From Pseudomonadota bacterium (GTDB lineage Bacteria > Bdellovibrionota_F > JAHFAK01 > JBDREC01): DNA of 64,000 nucleotides. The stretch spans positions 8,687-72,686 of the forward strand of contig JBDREC010000046.1 of assembly GCA_043820105.1 (NCBI GenBank). Reading direction: 5' to 3'. Shown piece after piece: positions 1 to 7,403 of this stretch. The notes below the pieces were generated by a model. The model was not told the origin of the DNA. It searched no databases and worked only from the letters and a program-made list of their open reading frames with translations. Position numbers and translations under genes: made by a program. The stretch's first letter is position 1; each line of letters opens with the position of its first letter.

Positions 1-438
1 AAGTTTAGAAATGAAAGCATAGGTTTCATTTTTCAATTTCATTATTTGTTTAGAGAGTTAAGTGCTCTTGAGAATGTTATGTTACCCGCTTTAATGTTTG
101 GCCTGGGGAAAAAAGAAGCTTCCTTAAAAGCAAAGCAAATTTTAGAAGAAGTTTCACTACATGGTAGAATGGAACATAAGCCAGGCGAACTTTCTGGTGG
201 AGAACAGCAAAGGGTTGCAATTGCTCGCTCTATTATAATGTCTCCTAAGATTATTTATGCTGATGAACCAACAGGGAATCTTGATCCTGATACTGGAGAA
301 AGTGTGTTTAATTTACTGCTTGGCCTAAATAAATCTCATAATGTTACCTTAGTTACTGTTACTCATAATCAAAAGCTCGCTTCATTAACCGATAGAACTT
401 TAAGAATAAGGAAAGGTAAAATCGAAAACTTTAAATGA
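1..438 (+). CDS. ABC transporter ATP-binding protein (LolD/FtsE-like), 5'-partial
   Basis: The frame is open from base 1. The translation shows the ABC signature LSGGEQQRVAIARSI, the Walker B/D-loop (IYADEPTGNLD) and the H-loop (VTHN). The stop overlaps the bamA start (ATGA). Confidence 0.8.
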   Translation, partial: KFRNESIGFIFQFHYLFRELSALENVMLPALMFGLGKKEASLKAKQILEEVSLHGRMEHKPGELSGGEQQRVAIARSIIMSPKIIYADEPTGNLDPDTGESVFNLLLGLNKSHNVTLVTVTHNQKLASLTDRTLRIRKGKIENFK

Positions 439-2882
439 AAACTTTAAAATGCTATTTATATATATTTTTATTCTCGTGTCTTAGCTTTTCCTTGTTTGCA
501 GCAATCGAAGATGCAAATAAAGTTGTAAATTCAATAATGGTTTCTGGAAATCATACTATTGAAGAAGCTGCAATTTTATCTTTAATTGAAACAAGACCTG
601 GCGAAAAGTATTCAGATGAAAAAATTAACAATGATCTGAAAACTTTATATGGCGAAGGATATTTCGATGATATTCTTATTAAGAAAGAAGAGGTCGACGA
701 TTTTAGTTTAGATCTTTTAATTGTTGTTAGAGAAAAACCAATTGTAGCTGAAGTTGATTTTGGTTTTTTTGGTGAGAAAATTGCAGAAAAGAAAAAAACA
801 AAAGTTGATATAAATAAAGATCCTACGAAAAGTATTGATTTCAAGGCTGAAGGTGATGTTTTTAAATCAGAAGACATTGATGTTGTTGATGAAGATGAAA
901 TAAAAGATGTAATTTCAACATCAGTTTCTTCATATCTGGATATTTCAAAATTAAAATCAGATATAGAAGCTATCGAAAAGCTTTATTATGATAAGGGTTA
1001 CTACCTTGTAAGGGTTGATTATGTGCTGGTGGATAAAGGTCAAAATAAGGTAAAGGTTTTGTTTTCAATAAAGGAAGGCTATCAAGTAATTTGCAAGCGA
1101 ATTAATTTTATTGGCAATAAGCATTTCTCTGAAGAAGAACTGAAAAAGACCATGCATACAGCGGAAGGTGGATTTTTAGAGTTCGTTTCAGAACTTGGAA
1201 TATCAGCAGCAGGTGCCTATAAAGAAGAACTTTTCAACATTGATAAAGAGTTAATAACTTATTTTTATTTAAATCACGGTTTCATAAATATTAAAATAGA
1301 ACAGCCTGTTGTATTTTTATCTCCTGATAAAAGCAGGATTTATATTGATGTCATTCTGAATGAAGGCGATCAGTTCTATGCTAATAATATTAGTATTTCA
1401 GGAGATATAATCTATGATGAAGAAAAAATAAGAGAAAAGATTCAGATAAAACAAGGAGATGTCCTGAGTTATGAAAAGATTCAAAGAGATATTCAGCGTG
1501 TTAGTGCGTTGTACATGGATGATGGATATGCTTATGTAAATGTTATTCCAAGAACAGATGTTAATAATGAAGACAAAACAGTTAATATTAGTTTTGATAT
1601 ACAGAAGGGAAATAGAGTTTATATTGAAAAAATTAATTTTCTTGGCAATGATACAACTCGAGATAAAATATTGAGAAGGCAAATGGATATTTTTGAAGGT
1701 GAACTTTATTCAGCAACAAAGATATCTAAAAGTAAGTTTAATATTCAAAGGCTAAGTTTTTTTAAAGATGTGAAAATTACTCAAAGTGAAGGATCAAGAG
1801 ACGATAAACTAAATCTTGATATTGAAGTTGTTGAACAAAGTACGGGTACCTTCTCTGTTGGAGCTGGTTTCAACTCTTTTGAAAGTTTTCAGCTTATTGC
1901 ACAAATTCAGAAAAATAATCTTTTAGGCTATGGCTGGGTAATTAATCTAATGGCAAGATTAGGTGGCAGGAGTCAGGTTTATCATTTGAATTTTGTAGAT
2001 CCATATTTTTTAGATACTGATATGTCACTATCTGTTAGTGTGTATAATCAACAAATTAGATATATTGATTTTACACCACAACAAACAGGTGGTTCAATAA
2101 AACTTGGATATCCAATTTGGGATAGAGTTTATAGAGCTAGTTTTGGCTATAGTCTTGAAGATGTTGAAATTCTAAATGTTAATGCTGTTCAGGAATCCTT
2201 GGTATCCGAAGGGCTAACAAGTTCGCTTGTTTTTGGTTTATCAAGGGACACTAGAAATAGACTTAATATGTTTGAAACAACCTCCGGAATGTTAAGCACC
2301 TTTAATTCAGAGTTAGCTGGAACAGGGTTTTTAGGTGGTGATACTGATTTTCTGAAACTATCATTTGAACACAAACAATTTATACCTGCCTTTGATGATG
2401 ATTTTCCAATTCTTGGTGGATCAAATTTTCAATTGCGAGGTAAACTCGGATGGATTACTTCAACGACTGATCAAGAGGTACCAATTTTCGAAAGATATTT
2501 CCCAGGAGGTATGTATTCAATAAGAGGTTTTGGAATTAGAACTCTTGGTCCAACTATTGATGTTGCTTCTAGCTCAGATCCAGAAAGTCTTATTAACCAG
2601 GAATTCCATATTGGTGGAAATAAAGAAGCTGTTTTTAACTTTGAATATGTTTTTCCAATATTAAAAGAACATGGTATTAAAGGCGTTTTATTTTTTGACA
2701 TGGGAAATGCCTTTGATAATGGCGAATTTTATAATTTTAACGACTTTAGATATTCGGCAGGTTTTGGCTTTCGCTGGTTTTCACCAATTGCTCCACTTCG
2801 TTTTGAATGGGGTTTTCCTTTAGATAGAGAAGAGGATGAAAATGTTTTTATCTTTGATTTTTCTATTGGGACACCGTTTTAG
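435..2882 (+). CDS. bamA: Outer membrane protein assembly factor BamA (Omp85)
   Basis: 815 aa with a signal peptide and repeated POTRA-like segments. The C-terminus is the surface-antigen beta-barrel (RGFGIRTLGP ... FDFSIGTPF, terminal aromatic residue). Confidence 0.9.
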   Translation: MKTLKCYLYIFLFSCLSFSLFAAIEDANKVVNSIMVSGNHTIEEAAILSLIETRPGEKYSDEKINNDLKTLYGEGYFDDILIKKEEVDDFSLDLLIVVREKPIVAEVDFGFFGEKIAEKKKTKVDINKDPTKSIDFKAEGDVFKSEDIDVVDEDEIKDVISTSVSSYLDISKLKSDIEAIEKLYYDKGYYLVRVDYVLVDKGQNKVKVLFSIKEGYQVICKRINFIGNKHFSEEELKKTMHTAEGGFLEFVSELGISAAGAYKEELFNIDKELITYFYLNHGFINIKIEQPVVFLSPDKSRIYIDVILNEGDQFYANNISISGDIIYDEEKIREKIQIKQGDVLSYEKIQRDIQRVSALYMDDGYAYVNVIPRTDVNNEDKTVNISFDIQKGNRVYIEKINFLGNDTTRDKILRRQMDIFEGELYSATKISKSKFNIQRLSFFKDVKITQSEGSRDDKLNLDIEVVEQSTGTFSVGAGFNSFESFQLIAQIQKNNLLGYGWVINLMARLGGRSQVYHLNFVDPYFLDTDMSLSVSVYNQQIRYIDFTPQQTGGSIKLGYPIWDRVYRASFGYSLEDVEILNVNAVQESLVSEGLTSSLVFGLSRDTRNRLNMFETTSGMLSTFNSELAGTGFLGGDTDFLKLSFEHKQFIPAFDDDFPILGGSNFQLRGKLGWITSTTDQEVPIFERYFPGGMYSIRGFGIRTLGPTIDVASSSDPESLINQEFHIGGNKEAVFNFEYVFPILKEHGIKGVLFFDMGNAFDNGEFYNFNDFRYSAGFGFRWFSPIAPLRFEWGFPLDREEDENVFIFDFSIGTPF

Positions 2883-2885
2883 GAA

Positions 2886-2969
2886 GTGGTAAGTGGTAAG
2901 TGGTAAGTGGTAAGTGGTAAGTGGTAAGTGGTAAGTGGTAAGTGGTAAGTGGTAAGTGGTAAGTGGTAA
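2886..2969. repeat. (GTGGTAA)12 perfect heptanucleotide tandem repeat
   Basis: Read directly from the sequence. It starts 4 nt after the bamA stop codon. Confidence 0.95.
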
Positions 2970-2972
2970 GAT

Positions 2973-4088
2973 TTAAGAGTCGCCAAAGCATGTGCCTAGG
3001 TCTCTGGCTGTATTGACTGTGTCGCAATCAAGTGGAACTGATTTCATTCTGTTTACAGCGTCTTTTAGTGGGACGTAGCGGACAAATGGGGGGTCAAGGG
3101 CTACCATTATTCCTGATTGGCCTTCAGACAAGGCCCTGACTGCTGCTGCTCCAAAGCGTAGTGAAATTAGTCTGTCAAAAGTTGTTGGAGAACCTCCCCT
3201 TAAAAGGTGTCCTAAGATTACGGCTCTTGATTCAATGCCTGTTAATGCTTCTAGCTCTTTAGCTACAGTTTCACCAACACCACCTAGTCTTTCCAGCCGT
3301 CCCAATTCTTTGGAAATAACTGAAACATTGCCATCTGCAGGTTTTGCGCCTTCTGCTACAACTACAATTGAATAATCTCTGCCACTTTCTTTGATATTTT
3401 TTATTTTTTCTGCGACGAGATTAAGGTCATAAGGAATTTCAGGCATTAAAATAACATCAGCGCATGCTGACACACCAGCATTTAGAGCTATCCAGCCTGC
3501 ATATCTTCCCATTACTTCTACTACCATGATTCTATGATGAGACTGGGCAGTGGCGTGTAATCTGTCAATGCAAGATGTAGCGAAACTGACAGCTGAGTCA
3601 AATCCAAAGGTTATTACGGTTTTATCAAGATCATTATCAATTGTTTTTGGAACACCAACTACTTGTAGTCCTAAATCAGCAAAAGCATTTGCGATTTTTA
3701 ATGAACCATCGCCTCCTATCGAAATGAGTGCATCAATTCCATGATCTTTAAATTTTGAAACCAAATCAGGAGTAATATCTTTTTCAAACCAAGAACCATC
3801 TTCTGCTTGTGTTGGATAGCATAAAGGATTTCCCTTATTGGTAGTTCCAAGGATTGTGCCACCTTGATTTGTGATTCCACGTACAGAGTGAGCTGTTAAT
3901 TTAATGATAGGCTCTATATCTTTATAATTTTGAGGAAGAAAAAGACCATTGTATCCATCACGAATACCAACAACTTCCCAGCCTTTGTTGATGGCGCTTA
4001 AAACAGCAGCTCGGATAACAGCATTTAAGCCTGGTGCGTCTCCACCGCCTGTTGAAATTGCAATTTTTTTAATTTTATTTTGATACAT
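2973..4088 (-). CDS. pfk: 6-phosphofructokinase (ATP- or PPi-dependent)
   Basis: 371 aa with PFK-family motifs: the N-terminal GGDAPGLNAVIR, GGDGS, MGR and the PKTIDNDL substrate site. Confidence 0.85.
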   Translation of the reverse strand: MYQNKIKKIAISTGGGDAPGLNAVIRAAVLSAINKGWEVVGIRDGYNGLFLPQNYKDIEPIIKLTAHSVRGITNQGGTILGTTNKGNPLCYPTQAEDGSWFEKDITPDLVSKFKDHGIDALISIGGDGSLKIANAFADLGLQVVGVPKTIDNDLDKTVITFGFDSAVSFATSCIDRLHATAQSHHRIMVVEVMGRYAGWIALNAGVSACADVILMPEIPYDLNLVAEKIKNIKESGRDYSIVVVAEGAKPADGNVSVISKELGRLERLGGVGETVAKELEALTGIESRAVILGHLLRGGSPTTFDRLISLRFGAAAVRALSEGQSGIMVALDPPFVRYVPLKDAVNRMKSVPLDCDTVNTARDLGTCFGDS

Positions 4089-4390
4089 GTATACCTGCTT
4101 TAAATAAATAATGTAATCTAAATTCTATTCTTTATTTCAATATCATCAAGGAAATAGTTAAAATAAGTATTTTCTTTTTATCCAATAGTTTTAGATTTCG
4201 TCTATTTGTCTACTTACTGAAAGGGATCAGCTAGTGGCGATAATAATAGAGTGCAGTTGTCGGTGATATACCCGTTTTAAAAAATTAATTATTAATTATT
4301 ATTTATTGATTATTAATTATTTTTCGAGCGAATTTTTAAAATTTTCAATAATTAATTCTTAACAATTAATTAATCTATACGCGTTTTACA

Positions 4391-4429
4391 TATATAAAAA
4401 GGGGGTACACTCGTTAGAGCGTACCCCCC
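4391..4429 (-). terminator. Rho-independent terminator (minus-strand orientation)
   Basis: On the minus strand the RNA reads GGGGGGUACGCUCUAACGAGUGUACCCCC followed by UUUUUAUAUAU. The stem is 8-11 bp and GC-rich, with a U-tract after it. Confidence 0.5.
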
Positions 4430-4573
4430 TTGTTTCAAAAGTCTAGGACTCTGATTACCTTTGATTTCAGTATTTCTACTTCATATCATTAGCATTTTTC
4501 AAATCCTAGCCCCCTCCGAAATTGTATAAAATAGGCTTTTTTACATGCCCCTTCCAAGCAATTGCATACGTAT
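4392..4573 (-). ncRNA. Candidate sigma-54-dependent small RNA (~180 nt)
   Basis: It is bounded by a perfect sigma-54 promoter and the intrinsic terminator above. No ORF longer than 8 codons lies between them. Confidence 0.4.
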
Positions 4574-4583
4574 TGTTTCCTAG

Positions 4584-4600
4584 AGCAAGATTGGTGCCAG
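4584..4600 (-). promoter_or_regulatory. Sigma-54 (-24/-12) promoter
   Basis: The minus strand reads CTGGCACCAATCTTGCT, i.e. TGGCAC-N5-TTGCT, a full consensus match with correct GG/GC spacing. Confidence 0.5.
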
Positions 4601-4654
4601 CTTGATCACTGTATGTTTTAAGCTATAGGTTATAAGCATTAAGGCTATAATATC

Positions 4655-4693
4655 AAACAGATAGATCCTTGTTCACTTGTTCCCCTGTTTTCT
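4655..4693. repeat. Octamer direct repeats (AAGNGAAC)x4, minus-strand orientation, 55-95 nt upstream of the sigma-54 -24 box
   Basis: The plus strand reads cttgttcacttgttcccctgttttcttgttccc. This is a possible enhancer (UAS) array. Confidence 0.5.
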
Positions 4694-4986
4694 TGTTCCC
4701 TTGTTTTTAAGTGTCAAAATGGGATTTGATGGACAAAAAGTGACACCAGTCACGAAATCCAGCAATATTGCGGGTTTGCAAAAAATGGCTCATCTAAGTT
4801 CTTTCTGAGCAAGGATAATACGGTTTATGCCTAGATTACGCCAAAATTGAGCATTTTACGCTTTGTGATTTTTGTCACAAAACAAGATAAATGTATATAT
4901 TACAATGCCTTATCTTTGGTGGCTCCATGGCACAGCTCTTGCTATAACTATAAAGTAAGCATCGAGGAGTAAAGGGAGAAAAAGCT

Positions 4987-5352
4987 ATGTTATTAGAAAA
5001 AAAATCATTACGATATTTATTATTTGAATATAACGAAACATTTATAAAATATATTAGATTTTTACTTATATTTAATTTGTTAGATGGAATTTTTACAACC
5101 TTGTTTATTGAATTAGGTGTAGCCACAGAAGCTAATCCAATTATGAACGCACTATATAATACTAGCCCAATTACTTTTATGTTTGGCAAGATCATTCTTA
5201 TGATGGCTGGATGTTATTTATTACATAAAAATATTGCTAAGAGTTTAGCTAAGTTAGCCGTTATTTTGGCTTTTGGTGTTTACTCTTTAATCATTATTTA
5301 TCACTTGCTTTTCCTACAAGTTCACATCGTTTGTCTTTGTCTTGCACAATAA
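4987..5352 (+). CDS. Small integral membrane protein (DUF5658-like, conserved E-x-NP motif)
   Basis: 121 aa with 3-4 hydrophobic helices. The TEANPIM motif resembles the DUF5658 family. A GGAG-like RBS (gggagaaaaagct) precedes the ATG. Confidence 0.5.
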   Translation: MLLEKKSLRYLLFEYNETFIKYIRFLLIFNLLDGIFTTLFIELGVATEANPIMNALYNTSPITFMFGKIILMMAGCYLLHKNIAKSLAKLAVILAFGVYSLIIIYHLLFLQVHIVCLCLAQ

Positions 5353-5384
5353 TTTTAACTAATTAATAAACATATTTACCACTT

Positions 5385-5629
5385 GCCTGATTTTAGAAAA
5401 GGAAATCGTATCTTCATTTCAAAAAAAGACTGCTCAAAATCCCCAGCGGGATTTTGGCCTTGATCTCACCGCGCTATTTTCCAAGTATAAGTAAAATGAA
5501 ATTAATGAATTACATTCACTTATATATAGTAATTTCATTTAACTTCTACTAGGAAAAACCGGCTAGCGCGGCTCCGATACACTTTTTTTGAAATGAAGAC
5601 ACGATTCCCTTTTCTTATAAAATCAGGCC
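5385..5629. repeat. ~245-bp nested inverted-repeat element (MITE-like or long structured hairpin)
   Basis: Terminal inverted repeats of ~45 bp (gcctgattttagaaaaggaaatcgtatcttcatttcaaaaaaag versus the reverse complement of the right end) match at ~43 of 47 positions. There are also inner inverted repeats (AAAATCCC-cagc-GGGATTTT; AAATGAAATTA/TAATTTCATTT). Confidence 0.55.
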
Positions 5630-6069
5630 AATATTTAAATATAAATAAAGATAAATAATTAACAGTCTTAATAATACATCAAGATGTGTATTTTTTATAT
5701 AAGAAAATAATAGATTTTTCCGACCAAGTGGGCCGACTGGGGCGCATGCCCTTTTTAAAATAACTTCCCTGAAATTTTCATAAAAAATAAAAGGGGCCTT
5801 AATTCTCGGTTTGGAGAAAGGGTCGTTGTTTTCTCGTATTTTGCATTCAAAAATGACATTGTGGCTATGTTTTGTTTTGTTTTTAAATTATTTTAAGTGT
5901 GAAAAAATATAATAAAAACAAGGTGATCGGTATGATGAAGCTGGGGTTTTTTCATTTGGCATAGTTTTTGGATATACAAAAAGGTACGAACTCGACATTT
6001 TGTCATATTATTGCATAGTGGTTGGAAGGCATTAAAGCTAATGTTAACTACTAAAGAAGGGGGATAGTA

Positions 6070-7263
6070 ATGAAATACTACCTATCAAGACACAAAATTC
6101 TGGTCATTTTCGTAAGTTTTCTATTGATTTTACCATTATCAGCACTTGGAAAAGATAAAAAGAAACAAAAACAAGGATCTTCAAGTAGTTCAAGGGTTTC
6201 ATCTTCAAGTAGCAATGGATCAAGGAGCACTGGAAGTCAAAGGGGATCAAGTGTGCAATCAAGGCCTAGCTCAAGCCAAACTCAGGCATCTCAAGCTAGA
6301 CCAAGTTCAAGTAGACCCCAAGCTTCTCAATCTAGAAGTCAAGCACAGCAAAGAACTGGAACTACCACTCAAACAAGACCAAAACAATCAACTACAGTAG
6401 CAACAACTACTACTCAATCTGGAACAAGGTCACAGACTACGGTTACAAGGGAACAAGGGAACAGGGGAACAACAACTAGCACTCATCAGAGAGGATCAAC
6501 CCAGGTTAGCAGTCATCAAAGACCAACAACTCAAGCTAGCAGTCATCAAGGAAGTGGTTCCCATGGCAATCATGGTGGAACTCATAATAATCAAGGAAAC
6601 CATGGTTCTTCAGGAAATCATGGAAATAATAATCATAACAATAATGGAAGCAGTCATAGAAGAGATACAGTTCATGTAGTTCACCATTATCACCATCATG
6701 CTGTTCATCAAAGACCAAATCCTTATAGACCTTATGTAAGACCCTATGTGAAGTGGAACAGATATGTTACAAAATCTAATAGAAGATTTGTAAGATATGT
6801 TCATTACGCAAGACCTTTTTATTATAGACCATTGTTCATATTTTATATTGCACCTTACAGACCGCATTATACAGTAACTTTTTATTATGAACTGCCAGCA
6901 AGACCACAAAGAGATATGTGTGATATACTTGTCCATGAAGACATGTTAGACGAAGGAAATGATTATTTCTACTATACTATGGTTAATCTTTTCTACAATA
7001 GAGATTTTGATCCTATGTTCACAGATATTTATGATCCAGATAGAGATGCTTATATGCATGAATTAGTTATGGATTATGATTATGCAAGACTAGACAATGG
7101 TTATTGCTCTGCCTTAGTGTCAATTTCACAAAAAGTTGCAGATGATCGTTATACCTATCCATCAGATCCTGAGCTTTATGAAGCTGTTGAGTATCAAGAA
7201 GGTATCGCTCCAAGTTGTGAAGATGCATTGCTTGAAGCTATTAAACATGTTAATCCTTGTTAA
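6070..7263 (+). CDS. Secreted low-complexity protein: Ser/Thr/Gln-rich, then a His/Asn/Gly-rich tract (HHYHHH), then Tyr/Arg/Pro-rich, then an acidic Cys-containing C-terminal domain
   Basis: There is a strong RBS (aaggggga) and a signal peptide (MKYYLSRHKILVIFVSFLLILPLSALG). The 397-aa ORF is long and uninterrupted despite its low complexity. Confidence 0.6.
   Translation: MKYYLSRHKILVIFVSFLLILPLSALGKDKKKQKQGSSSSSRVSSSSSNGSRSTGSQRGSSVQSRPSSSQTQASQARPSSSRPQASQSRSQAQQRTGTTTQTRPKQSTTVATTTTQSGTRSQTTVTREQGNRGTTTSTHQRGSTQVSSHQRPTTQASSHQGSGSHGNHGGTHNNQGNHGSSGNHGNNNHNNNGSSHRRDTVHVVHHYHHHAVHQRPNPYRPYVRPYVKWNRYVTKSNRRFVRYVHYARPFYYRPLFIFYIAPYRPHYTVTFYYELPARPQRDMCDILVHEDMLDEGNDYFYYTMVNLFYNRDFDPMFTDIYDPDRDAYMHELVMDYDYARLDNGYCSALVSISQKVADDRYTYPSDPELYEAVEYQEGIAPSCEDALLEAIKHVNPC
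6437..6465 (+). repeat. Octamer repeat (AAGGGAAC)x3 inside the CDS
   Basis: This is the same octamer family as at 4655 and 7262. Here it encodes TREQGNRG. Confidence 0.6.
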
Positions 7264-7287
7264 GCAAGAGAACAAGAGAACAGGGAA
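7262..7287 (+). repeat. Octamer repeat (AAGAGAAC)x2-3, immediately 3' of the stop
   Basis: Read directly from the sequence. Confidence 0.6.
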
Positions 7288-7297
7288 TAGCTATCTT

Positions 7298-7332
7298 AAT
7301 TCAAAATTTAAAATTCAAAATTCAAAATTAAA
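7298..7332. repeat. (AATTCAA)5 heptanucleotide tandem repeat
   Basis: Read directly from the sequence. Related copies occur at 11409 and 13245. Confidence 0.85.
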
Positions 7333-7403
7333 ATTGACATAAACTCCACTTTAACTAGCATACCATTAGGTTATTATAATAAATAATACTGCATGGAGAT
7401 CTA

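Noticed and set aside
551-2701. Antisense ORFs inside bamA (551-877, 1398-1682, 2189-2374, 2471-2701, all minus strand)
   Set aside because: They lie entirely within a well-supported long CDS on the opposite strand. They are low-complexity and have no RBS or recognisable motifs.
2886-2969. Possible CRISPR array, suggested by the regular short repeats
   Set aside because: The units are 7 bp and directly abutting with no spacers. No cas genes are present. They are simple tandem repeats.
4875-5195. 106-aa minus-strand ORF overlapping the DUF5658-like gene
   Set aside because: It overlaps a better-supported plus-strand membrane-protein ORF. Its composition is typical of an AT-rich spurious frame.
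5957-5975. Sigma-54-like TGGCAT-N5-TTGGA upstream of the His-rich gene
   Set aside because: It lacks the invariant GC of the -12 element.
6146-6936. Alternative-frame ORFs (6146-6400 plus; 6536-6718 and 6610-6936 minus) inside the low-complexity gene
   Set aside because: They are frame artefacts of the repetitive S/T/H-rich coding sequence. The main frame has the signal peptide and the RBS.
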